In this document: piece by piece, positions 37,079 through 46,348 of the stretch
Position numbering within the stretch: position 1 is the stretch's first letter
Layout: the number at the start of each line of letters is the position of its first letter
IMG/VR virus record: IMGVR_UViG_3300034095_000254
Direction: 5' to 3' (one strand)
Source of the DNA: a virus
Length of the DNA: 64,000 nucleotides
Notes under the pieces: model-generated
The model's database searches: none
What the model was told of the DNA's origin: nothing
Seen by the model: the letters and a program-made list of their open reading frames with translations, nothing else
Translations under genes and position numbers: made by a program

Positions 37079-37260
37079 TATTCTTCTGCAGCAGATTCTT
37101 GCTCTGTGGCTTGCGCAAACATACTTTGTGCAACTGATTGGCGCATGCCATCTAATCTAGTAGATAACTTTTCTGCCATTGCATCTGTAAAAGCATTTTC
37201 TGTTTCAAGGGCATCGCCAGCTCTAATTGCTTGGACTAAATTTTGTACTGTTTCACTCAT
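37078..37260 (-). CDS. gp67-like small prohead core protein
   Basis: Small acidic helical protein right after the portal; AGGAG RBS. Confidence 0.6.
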   Translation of the reverse strand: MSETVQNLVQAIRAGDALETENAFTDAMAEKLSTRLDGMRQSVAQSMFAQATEQESAAEE

Positions 37261-37272
37261 AATATTCTCCTA

Positions 37273-38964
37273 TTAATTTGGCCAAGTACCAGTTTTTAAT
37301 TTGGTAACTTTACCTTTGCTCTGTTGTGTATCTTCTTGTTCTGCTTCAGCATCAGCTTCTTGATCTTGAGCACTTTGATCTTGCTGAGGTTGTTGCTGTT
37401 GCGCTTGCGCAGCTTGTTGGGCTTGTTGTTGCTGTGCTTGTGCTTCCATTGTAGGTTGCTGCATTGCTAACTGAACCTGCCCTTGTAACTGTGCTTGCTG
37501 CACTAAAATTTCTTGTTCTTTATCCATTTGTTTCTGGATATCTTTAATTTCTTTATCATCCAAACGAAGAATGTTTTTCTTAACCCAGTCTTGTGAATAA
37601 TATTTACCAACATATGGATCTACAGTTTGTAGCAATCCCATTCTGGCTTGCATAATTTCACTGTCACGGAGTTCAGCGTAGTTATTATCTTCAATGTAAT
37701 CGTATTTAATATTAACACGAAGATCATCCCATTCATCTGGGCGGATAATACCTTTGCAGATTAACTGAACACGAAGTGCGTGGCTAAACAATGCATTAAA
37801 TTTCTTACGAAGTCTAACGATAAATTTGTTAAACTTAACTTCATCACGAGTAATCTCTTGTGAACGACCAATACTGAAACCAGAAGACTGTTGTAATCTG
37901 CTAATTGGTACATTCAATGAGTGAAACAGTTTACCTTGGAAGTATTCAATATCTTGAATCTCACCTAAGTTTTGTCCACCTGGAAGTGTAGTAATCTCAG
38001 TACCTTTACCACCTTCACGACGAGGCATCCAAAAATCTTCCATCATAGAAAGATGTTTACGATCGTCACGAGTTTCGCCAGTTGTTGCATCATAAACAAT
38101 CTTGTTACGGAACTTATTCATAATGTCCGTAACATACTGCTCTGCTTTCAACTTAGGTAAATTACCTACATCAACATAAAAAATTCTTCGTTCAGGCGCA
38201 CGGCTGATACGATAGATGACAAGGGAATCCTCGATCATCTTTAATTGATTTACTGGTTTAATTGCCTTATGAAGATAAGACATTGCCATACCAGTATTTG
38301 GATCTACATATCCTGATGGAACATAAACCACTGAATCAAGAGCCAGTTTAACACCATGTGTTGTTTGCTCTGTAATTCCTTTGTCATTGTAAAGATAGTA
38401 TTCTTCTACTTCCTTTACAACTTCAACACCTTGTGGTGTTCTTTCTTTTTTGATATTTTTAATACGACGAATCTTACGAGGATCGATGTATCTTAATTCT
38501 TGAATACCATCTTTAACTCTTGTTTCATCGATAAGGATTTGATAATATAACCTTCCGTCAATATACCACGCACGGAAAGTTTCATGTGCTCGTTCATCGA
38601 ACTTTAATATACGGAGTACATTATCAAACTCTTCACGAATTTTAGTTTTAATATTGTCTGAAACTTTAACTTCGTCAAGAACAATCTCAACGGATTTGTG
38701 TGTTTCATCAGCCACAATGGCTTCATTAACAATATCTTCGATCGCACCATCACAATCACTATACTGTGCCACCTCACGGTAGCGACGGATCAAATCATTT
38801 TCATTCTTGATAACACCTTCAAGATCCATGACCATACCGTAGTATCCACCAGCATTTACACCAGTGTTTACTACGGTTGCGCCTGTCTCATTAGGGCTAG
38901 GGGGAACTACACTCGGTAGTTGATCCCCTTCCTTACGCTTTATCTCAAATCCAAATAATTGCAT
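37273..38964 (-). CDS. 20: Portal protein gp20
   Basis: LFGF, YLHKAIKPVNQL, RAPERRIFYVDVGNLPK, WMPRREGGKGTEI. Confidence 0.98.
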   Translation of the reverse strand: MQLFGFEIKRKEGDQLPSVVPPSPNETGATVVNTGVNAGGYYGMVMDLEGVIKNENDLIRRYREVAQYSDCDGAIEDIVNEAIVADETHKSVEIVLDEVKVSDNIKTKIREEFDNVLRILKFDERAHETFRAWYIDGRLYYQILIDETRVKDGIQELRYIDPRKIRRIKNIKKERTPQGVEVVKEVEEYYLYNDKGITEQTTHGVKLALDSVVYVPSGYVDPNTGMAMSYLHKAIKPVNQLKMIEDSLVIYRISRAPERRIFYVDVGNLPKLKAEQYVTDIMNKFRNKIVYDATTGETRDDRKHLSMMEDFWMPRREGGKGTEITTLPGGQNLGEIQDIEYFQGKLFHSLNVPISRLQQSSGFSIGRSQEITRDEVKFNKFIVRLRKKFNALFSHALRVQLICKGIIRPDEWDDLRVNIKYDYIEDNNYAELRDSEIMQARMGLLQTVDPYVGKYYSQDWVKKNILRLDDKEIKDIQKQMDKEQEILVQQAQLQGQVQLAMQQPTMEAQAQQQQAQQAAQAQQQQPQQDQSAQDQEADAEAEQEDTQQSKGKVTKLKTGTWPN

Positions 38965-38987
38965 TATGTAATAACCTCAGTTAATTA

Positions 38988-39575
38988 TTAAAGTGGGAAA
39001 CTACCAACTGGAGTATCAATAGAAACATTGACACCGAAGCCAGCAGCTGCACCAGTAGCAGATGTAAAGAAGTTGTATTGGAACTCTACATCAAACTGTT
39101 CAATTGCATTTTGTTGCTCGTAATCTAAACCGATTGCAGAAATTGTTGTTGGGAATGCATCAACAAACTTGTAACTCTTGATAATTGCACCATTGCGATC
39201 TAATTGGTGAACAGATAAGTCAACTTGGTAGTCAGTAGGATTAGTACGACCATTAGTTGTATTATAATTCTGGATACCAGATTGCCATTGCTCTAGTGCA
39301 TTACGGATACCAAAAGTTGTATCGTTGTAAACTGTTACAGTCCATGGTTGGAATGTTCTCTCACCAGCAAAGTTAACTGGGCGACCACGATACAAGACTG
39401 GTAGAGTCTCGATAGTGGAAGCAGGTAATTGAGCAGCTTTACATAAAAACTGCGCTCTTTGTCCTGCAACTACACCCAATGTAACATATGAAGGGAAGGT
39501 TAATTCAACACGGAATTGATTCGGGCGAGCACCGCCACCAATCATCTGCGCTTTGAAATCAGCAATATTTGCCAT
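38988..39575 (-). CDS. 19: Tail tube protein gp19
   Basis: GGGARPNQF, FLCKAAQLP, AGERTFQPWTVT. Confidence 0.95.
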   Translation of the reverse strand: MANIADFKAQMIGGGARPNQFRVELTFPSYVTLGVVAGQRAQFLCKAAQLPASTIETLPVLYRGRPVNFAGERTFQPWTVTVYNDTTFGIRNALEQWQSGIQNYNTTNGRTNPTDYQVDLSVHQLDRNGAIIKSYKFVDAFPTTISAIGLDYEQQNAIEQFDVEFQYNFFTSATGAAAGFGVNVSIDTPVGSFPL

Positions 39576-39611
39576 TTAATTCTCCTTATGTTCTTATCTA
39601 TTTATCTTGAA

Positions 39612-42059
39612 TTACGCACCGATTTCTGAGAAGTTAATCGCAGAACGAGCAGCAACGAAATTGAGAGTGATAAAGTTGATAGAACGATTTGGCTTAACGA
39701 AGATATCAGCAACGAATTCGTTACGATCGATAACTTCACCTGTGTTGTTAGATTCATCGCACTTAACAACGAAATCAGTAATACCACGACGACCTTGGAC
39801 ATCACGGAGGAATGGCTCGACTAAGTTCTTAAACTGTGCACGAGTAAATCCATCGTTGAATTCAAACAACTGGAATTTTGCAGCAGTGGCAATCGCTTTT
39901 TCCATAACAATGAATAGGCGACGAACATTAATACGATCAAACGCACTTGGTTTAGCCAAGAGAGTCTTATCACCAAACAAGACAGTACCTTCACCTGGGA
40001 ATGTAACAACAGGGTTGACACCAGACTTGTACAGCATATCTCTTTGTGTTTTGCTTGGATTGAATGCCAATTTAACAACATTCTTAATTTGACCACGATT
40101 TAGACCACCTGGAGAGAACCAAGGATCATTAGTGTAGTCAGTACGAGCGCAAAGACCACCAACATCACCATTCAATGGTACATAACGGTATTGGTCGTTG
40201 TAACGATCATATTGATACTTATAACCAGAGTCAAGAACTGCATAAGAAGTAGATGGCAATGCATCACGGTATGCAATAATTGCATTCTGTTCAGTAGAAG
40301 TAGAACCAATGATTGGATCGGCAGTAGAAGTACTCTGTGGAGATACAAACGCTACGCAATCTAAACGAGTTTCGCAGATGTTATTAATAATGTATGTTGC
40401 TGTTGCAGCAGTTGCTTTACCAGCTAGAATTAAACTAACATCATACTGTTCAGCATTAGCAAACAATGCAAACGCAGATTGTAACTCACCATCAGTTGGT
40501 ACGAAATCATCAGTACCACCAGCTAGAGAAATTGACAGTGGTGCAGTTAATAGTTTGAAACTTGCAGATGCTGCAGCAGCACCCCAAGAAGTAGTACCAG
40601 TAACAGCAGTAGGATGATCCATCCACCAGATGTACTCTGAACGAGCATTCAATACATTTTTGTAGTAGTTATTAGTGCCATCAGTTTTCTTAGCATCAGA
40701 TGCTTTAGAAACATAAGCAAATTTTTCTATGATAGTACCTTGAGTACCAGAGATTGCGCCATCTTCATCGATAATGATAATGTGCATTTCGTCTTGAGTT
40801 CCACCAACGCTAGTAGCGTATGTAGAAGTTCCTGGAGCAGAATCAAATTCAGCTTTGTATGTCCAAGTACTAAAACCAGCAGAGTCACACACAGCAACTT
40901 TTAAAGAGTTACCAAGAGTTCCTGGATATTTTGCTGCAAAAGAACCAACAATACCAGCACCATTCACATAACCACTATTGTATGTTTCACCATTGATAAT
41001 CTTTAAACCAGCAACAGTAATTGTTCTATTTAAAGTAGCAGTAGTTCCAGATGGAGGTGCAGCAACAGTAATAGTTGGTTCAACTGAGTAACCAGATCCT
41101 GGAGTAGTAATTGTTGCAGCAGTGATAGTAGAAGAAGCCACAGTTACTGCACCAGCAACAGCATTACCTGCTGAGAATGTAGCGGTTACAGTACCTTTGT
41201 ATCCAGAACCACCAGCAGTCACAGTAACAGAAGCCACTGATTGATTTGATGTTACTGAGTATGTTAGACCAGTTGGAGTACCAGAAGTAGTAACAATAGC
41301 CACATCAGCAGTAGTAGTTAAAGTAAATCCTGTTACAGAAGAACCAGAACCAGTAATAGCTGAGACTTTGTATGTAGTACCAGTTGCATAACTAGTAATA
41401 GTACCAGTACCACCAAGAGTACCAGTAATATTAATTGTGCTACCAACTACCAATGTAGCTGCAGTACAAGTAAATTGCCCACCAGTGCCAGAAATTGCAA
41501 CACCAGATAATGTTGCTGGTGATAATACTGCAGTGAATGTTGCGCTAGTTCCACCAGATGGAGCAGAAATTGTAACTGACGGAGCAGTAGCATAACCAGA
41601 TCCACCATCAGAAACTGCAACGGCAGAAATCGCACCACCAGAAAGAGTTACTGTAACAGCAGCTTGTGAGCCACCATCAATATCAGGAGCACCAACTGTA
41701 ACAGCAGGTGCTGCAGCAGTAGAAGAGTAACCAGAACCAGCAGCGTTTACAGTGACAGTACCAAGACCGCCAGTTGTAGTTGCAACCGCATTCAAAGATC
41801 CAGCGTCTGCACGAACTAGTAATAGATTATTTGTATAAGATAGGAAGTTCGCAGCTGTGAAGAAAGATTGAAAATTGCTATCGTTTGGCTTACCGAAGCG
41901 ACGAACTAAATCGTTCTCCGAGCTAACTGTCACAGGCTCCAATACTGGACCCCATGGAAATACTCCAGCAAAAGCACCAATTGATGATGATACTGCTGGA
42001 ACGATAGAAGTGAAATCTTTTTCTACGACTGCAACGCCTGGAGATAATTGGAACGGCAT
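39612..42059 (-). CDS. 18: Tail sheath protein gp18 with a large inserted Gly/Thr-rich domain
   Basis: LSPGVAVVEKD, PWFSPGG..RG, FDRINVRRLF, FIKPNRSINFI-like C-terminus. Confidence 0.96.
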   Translation of the reverse strand: MPFQLSPGVAVVEKDFTSIVPAVSSSIGAFAGVFPWGPVLEPVTVSSENDLVRRFGKPNDSNFQSFFTAANFLSYTNNLLLVRADAGSLNAVATTTGGLGTVTVNAAGSGYSSTAAAPAVTVGAPDIDGGSQAAVTVTLSGGAISAVAVSDGGSGYATAPSVTISAPSGGTSATFTAVLSPATLSGVAISGTGGQFTCTAATLVVGSTINITGTLGGTGTITSYATGTTYKVSAITGSGSSVTGFTLTTTADVAIVTTSGTPTGLTYSVTSNQSVASVTVTAGGSGYKGTVTATFSAGNAVAGAVTVASSTITAATITTPGSGYSVEPTITVAAPPSGTTATLNRTITVAGLKIINGETYNSGYVNGAGIVGSFAAKYPGTLGNSLKVAVCDSAGFSTWTYKAEFDSAPGTSTYATSVGGTQDEMHIIIIDEDGAISGTQGTIIEKFAYVSKASDAKKTDGTNNYYKNVLNARSEYIWWMDHPTAVTGTTSWGAAAASASFKLLTAPLSISLAGGTDDFVPTDGELQSAFALFANAEQYDVSLILAGKATAATATYIINNICETRLDCVAFVSPQSTSTADPIIGSTSTEQNAIIAYRDALPSTSYAVLDSGYKYQYDRYNDQYRYVPLNGDVGGLCARTDYTNDPWFSPGGLNRGQIKNVVKLAFNPSKTQRDMLYKSGVNPVVTFPGEGTVLFGDKTLLAKPSAFDRINVRRLFIVMEKAIATAAKFQLFEFNDGFTRAQFKNLVEPFLRDVQGRRGITDFVVKCDESNNTGEVIDRNEFVADIFVKPNRSINFITLNFVAARSAINFSEIGA

Positions 42060-42131
42060 TGTGTTTCTCCTTGTTAATAAGTTTACCTAGACAATTTCAT
42101 GTCTACATTTTATTTAGTTTTTACACGATTT

Positions 42132-43709
42132 CTAGAAGTTTAATGGAGCCTTTTCAGGTTTCCCGTCTTCATAGAATCCGAATGGTGTTAATTCTTCTTC
42201 AATCGCCTGCATTTGCTTAGCGTACATTATGTTTCGTAGATTAACATTATTTAGGTCTTTAAAATAACTGTTAGTTGTAAGCCATCCGAACAGTACCAGA
42301 GGCATTACTAAGTCATCATGATAACCTTCGTCAGCTTCATATGAACCCTTCTTCTCAATAAAAGTCGAGATTTCAGAGATCGTATCAGCATCATTTATAA
42401 TAAGTTTGTTTTCCTCAACGAGTGCTTTAAAGTTATGACACCCAATTCGTTTGATCTTTTTATCGGTATTGACACCCAACTGTGTTTTACCTCCACCAAA
42501 ACCACCTGAGACAGTTTGCCCCAAAGCGTGTCTTGTAACCATCAATATATTTTCGTATTCCATCTCAGAGTATAGGATGTGAGCCACCTGTTCTGAAATG
42601 TTAATTTCCAATAATACCCATGCTTGGTTGTAGTCTGTACCGATCTTGTAAATTACATTTGGATACAACAACGGACTAATTTCATTATTACGATACTTCG
42701 CAACGATTCTGTAGGGAACCTCCGTAATATCAATAACTTGGAATGCTGAATAATCCCCACCAACACCTTTAGCCACATCGCAGACCATACAATAAGTATG
42801 ACCAGCCTGTGGGTTTACATACACATCTAACCCATCTTTCTGATAGACGATAACATCAGGACTCATTCTAGAAATAGCATCTGCTCTAACTAGAGTGAGA
42901 GAAGAACCCAAGAAGTTACAAAGAACCTCTTGAGTAAATTTAAGTTCACCAAGCTGTGCCTTTTGTTCTGCAGCCCATGCTTCATCACGACCTGGAATTT
43001 CCCAGTATGGTATGAATAGATTAACGAATCCATTTCTACCCTTTTCAGCGTCTGTCCAAAACTTCCAGAAGTGATTGTAACCCAGCGGAGTTGATGACAG
43101 TAGAATCTTTGTAGTCTGACCAGCAGAAATCGTAGGGTAAACTGAAGTAAAGAATTCTTCTGCCACATTGTTTGGAATAATCGCTGCTTCGTCAACATAC
43201 AACATGTTTACGGATTTACCACGAATACCAGATTTACCTGTTGCAGCAGTAAATACCTTTGAACCATTTTCTAGTTCAATGTCACCTTTGTTCCAAGTAG
43301 TGACACCTTGTTGCATCCACTTTGGTAGCAACTCATACATTGTTTGATAACGATCTAAAACCTCACGAGCAGCAGTTGCTTTGTTCGCAAGAATAGCCAC
43401 AGTTTTGTTGGCTTGGAAAATCGTGTACCAAAGAATGTAAGCTGCAGAGGTAGTTGTCTTACCTTGCTGACGACCTTCCATAAGAATCACACGACGATTA
43501 TTATGAATTACATTTACTTTGTTCTTTTGGCAATCATAGAGTTTAAACAGTTTTAAACCATGATCCAGTGTAACAATATAACAGTAGGTTTCGATAAAGT
43601 ATATCGGATCTGCTGCACACTTCATGTACTCCTTTACATCATCAGGTGTAAAGTCAACAGTAACACCAGCAGCTTTTAAGTTCGAATTCGAATTATATAC
43701 TTGAGCCAT
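42132..43709 (-). CDS. 17: Terminase large subunit gp17
   Basis: GRQQGKTT, YVDEAA, SSTPLG, DVAKGVGGDYS, HDDLVM. Confidence 0.97.
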   Translation of the reverse strand: MAQVYNSNSNLKAAGVTVDFTPDDVKEYMKCAADPIYFIETYCYIVTLDHGLKLFKLYDCQKNKVNVIHNNRRVILMEGRQQGKTTTSAAYILWYTIFQANKTVAILANKATAAREVLDRYQTMYELLPKWMQQGVTTWNKGDIELENGSKVFTAATGKSGIRGKSVNMLYVDEAAIIPNNVAEEFFTSVYPTISAGQTTKILLSSTPLGYNHFWKFWTDAEKGRNGFVNLFIPYWEIPGRDEAWAAEQKAQLGELKFTQEVLCNFLGSSLTLVRADAISRMSPDVIVYQKDGLDVYVNPQAGHTYCMVCDVAKGVGGDYSAFQVIDITEVPYRIVAKYRNNEISPLLYPNVIYKIGTDYNQAWVLLEINISEQVAHILYSEMEYENILMVTRHALGQTVSGGFGGGKTQLGVNTDKKIKRIGCHNFKALVEENKLIINDADTISEISTFIEKKGSYEADEGYHDDLVMPLVLFGWLTTNSYFKDLNNVNLRNIMYAKQMQAIEEELTPFGFYEDGKPEKAPLNF

Positions 43710-43711
43710 AA

Positions 43712-44458
43712 TTAAAATCCGTCCAGCCAACTCTCCGTATTAATAGTTGCATCAGTGACATCACCTTCTGCAGTATAAACTCTATTTGGATTAGTAAAGT
43801 CTTCGTTGTCACCAACATTAGCATAGACAGTATCAATAACATTTCTACCAGAGATTGGTCCAAATAGATTCATCTTCATTTGAAAGTTAAGACTATGTGT
43901 CACAAATCTTCGCATTTGAAAATCACCATCGTAGTCGTCTTGAACTGATACGCTATTTAAAACAATAGGCACATCAATTTTAACACTCATGTCTGGCACG
44001 ACATTAATTGATAATGTATACTCAGGTGTAAATGTTGGAAGGATTTGCTCGATGATTTGTAGACCATCCTCTTGAGTTTTTGTGAGGATGTACAAAGAAA
44101 GATCTAAGTTGTATGGAACAGGAGTGTACATGGTTGATACTGCACCAGTACCATCACCGCACTTCAACTGTTGCATACGATTTACTTTTCTTTGTGGATC
44201 GTAGTTATATCCAATAATCTCAAATGACATTCTTGGAAGAGTAGTATAAACATGATTTTCTAAAGTTGGATCTTGTTCTAAACGAACAATCCATTTTTCT
44301 TTTGGAGCGTAAGCAAGAGGCACTTGCAATCTTTGGATAACAGTACCAGTTACAGAATCACCTTCACGACGATCGATATAGATGTCACTGAATAAAGAGC
44401 CGAATCCTACGATGCACTTGCGAATGATTCCGTGGTAGTATACATTACTGTTTAACAT
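43712..44458 (-). CDS. 15: Tail sheath stabiliser/terminator gp15
   Basis: VPLAYAPKEK, LPRMSFE, QIIEQILPTFTP. Confidence 0.95.
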   Translation of the reverse strand: MLNSNVYYHGIIRKCIVGFGSLFSDIYIDRREGDSVTGTVIQRLQVPLAYAPKEKWIVRLEQDPTLENHVYTTLPRMSFEIIGYNYDPQRKVNRMQQLKCGDGTGAVSTMYTPVPYNLDLSLYILTKTQEDGLQIIEQILPTFTPEYTLSINVVPDMSVKIDVPIVLNSVSVQDDYDGDFQMRRFVTHSLNFQMKMNLFGPISGRNVIDTVYANVGDNEDFTNPNRVYTAEGDVTDATINTESWLDGF

Positions 44459-45384
44459 TATGGGTTATTCTCTGTGTCAATTTCACCGAATGGATTTGTT
44501 ACACTAAACAATACATCCTGTGCTTCTGTTTTAAATTTATTATTATCACCAAACGAATTTGGCGAGTCAATATTGATATCAATAGAAGCAGTTGCTAAAG
44601 CACCAGCACCACCACCACCAGAAATAGTAATAGCTGGTGCTGTTTGATATCCAGATCCTGGATTCGTCACAGTAATACTAACAATTTTATTGGCATTAGC
44701 ACCAGTTCCACGAACAGCTGTTGCAGCAGCATTAATACCAGAGGCACTGGTAAACGATACTGTGGGCACAGAAGTATATCCAGAACCAGTTGCAGTCATT
44801 GTAATAGAAGTGACTTCACCTGCAGGAGATCTTGTGGTATTTGTAGTGAATGTTTTAAGAGTTTCAAACGCATCAATCTCTGAGATACCAGTATCAATCT
44901 TCTCAGAAGCATATTGGAACAATTCAACTTGTAACTTAAACACATATAGTTTACCAAGTTGATAGAATGGATCTTGATGTTTTACAAACTTAATTTCAAA
45001 CAAACCCTTAGTCAATGGAAAGTAAATTAAATCACCTTCACATGGACGAGTAGGAATAATTGTTTGACCATAACGACCAACTAACTGATCCCATCTACGA
45101 CGAGCAACTACTAGTGTAGCTGACTGTTCCATCATAAGACCAAACTTTTGAATAAACGCACCTTGACCATCAAGAGAGTCTACATTCTCAAAGTACATTT
45201 CAATTGGAAACGACGATGTAAATTTAGATAAACGATCTTCACCAAGAATCTCATCCTTAGAAACTAATGTTCTAGGAATGTACATGAACTCATTACCGTA
45301 AATCTTAAGAGATTCGATAATGAGATCTTCAATTAGGTACTGCTCATTCTTTGTACCATGAGTAAAATAAACATTAGTAGGCAT
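44458..45384 (-). CDS. 14: Neck protein gp14 with GSGY-repeat insertion
   Basis: LIIESLKIYG, YIPR, EGDLIYFP, PFYQLG, NPFGE. Confidence 0.93.
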   Translation of the reverse strand: MPTNVYFTHGTKNEQYLIEDLIIESLKIYGNEFMYIPRTLVSKDEILGEDRLSKFTSSFPIEMYFENVDSLDGQGAFIQKFGLMMEQSATLVVARRRWDQLVGRYGQTIIPTRPCEGDLIYFPLTKGLFEIKFVKHQDPFYQLGKLYVFKLQVELFQYASEKIDTGISEIDAFETLKTFTTNTTRSPAGEVTSITMTATGSGYTSVPTVSFTSASGINAAATAVRGTGANANKIVSITVTNPGSGYQTAPAITISGGGGAGALATASIDINIDSPNSFGDNNKFKTEAQDVLFSVTNPFGEIDTENNP

Positions 45385-45387
45385 CTA

Positions 45388-46347
45388 TTATCCCATGAAG
45401 AAATCTAGGGGTGCTGACTTATTCTGTAGTTCGTCTTCTAGTTCTTTAATTTCTGAGGTAGATTCGTCATATAATTTATCACCATCCAGAGTTACACCAC
45501 CTGGAAGTTGAATTCCAGAGAATTTCTTAATGTTAGTTGCCCACTGCTTTTTAAACAATGCAGTGACATAATGTTTCAACCATGGCTCGTTATAGATCTT
45601 AGACCATGTTGTTGGATCCATTGGACGATATGCTTGAACGATAATATAATCGCCAAGAATAAAATCAGTCGCCCAATTTGCGTCTAGGTATAAACGACCA
45701 TTCAAACGATTAAATCTAAATCTTTGATGACCATTTAATTCAAAGTCCAGCAATGCCAAATGTGACATAACTGTTTTGTAGTAGATTAATGAAGTAGATG
45801 TTAAATCATACAAGTCATTTAATCTTAATTGATACTGCAAGTCGAAGATATTCTTTGAAGAAGATGCTTGTCCTGCAGATATAATTTGAGTGACACCCCA
45901 AACATAGTCTGGAATTTCAATGTAACGATTATCGTATTCACGAAGTGTTATAGAAGATAGCGTTGCATTATGTCCTGCTGAACCAGTAATAGATTCACCT
46001 GCAGTAAATGTACCAACAACATTTCTAACTAAAAGTAGAGTACCTGAAGACGATCTTTGGGATTCTCGGCAAACTTCAGCAGTAGCACCACTCGTTGCGC
46101 CAGTGATAAGTTCAGTAAGATCAAAATTAGTTGCAACAGAAGCAGAAAGAGTTATTTCAGAAGCACGAATCAATTGTTTAAGATAAATCTGCTCCACACC
46201 TTCATAGTGATATAGTTTCCAGTAGTCTAATGCTTCATCAATTCGATCTTCGATTTGATCATCGTCCACATTAATCTCGAGCACTGGTGCACCCAATGCT
46301 CTTAATGCATATTCTTTTAATCCAGTTCTTGTAGAGACAGCAGCCAT
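45388..46347 (-). CDS. 13: Neck protein gp13
   Basis: YALRALGAPVLEINVDDDQIEDR, LPGGVTLDG, FFMG. Confidence 0.95.
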   Translation of the reverse strand: MAAVSTRTGLKEYALRALGAPVLEINVDDDQIEDRIDEALDYWKLYHYEGVEQIYLKQLIRASEITLSASVATNFDLTELITGATSGATAEVCRESQRSSSGTLLLVRNVVGTFTAGESITGSAGHNATLSSITLREYDNRYIEIPDYVWGVTQIISAGQASSSKNIFDLQYQLRLNDLYDLTSTSLIYYKTVMSHLALLDFELNGHQRFRFNRLNGRLYLDANWATDFILGDYIIVQAYRPMDPTTWSKIYNEPWLKHYVTALFKKQWATNIKKFSGIQLPGGVTLDGDKLYDESTSEIKELEDELQNKSAPLDFFMG

Positions 46348-46348
46348 T

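Noticed and set aside
3034-43709. Inteins, introns or homing endonucleases in gp41, gp43, gp46, gp17 or gp20
   Set aside because: The proteins are of normal length and uninterrupted, and I saw no LAGLIDADG, HNH or GIY-YIG motifs.
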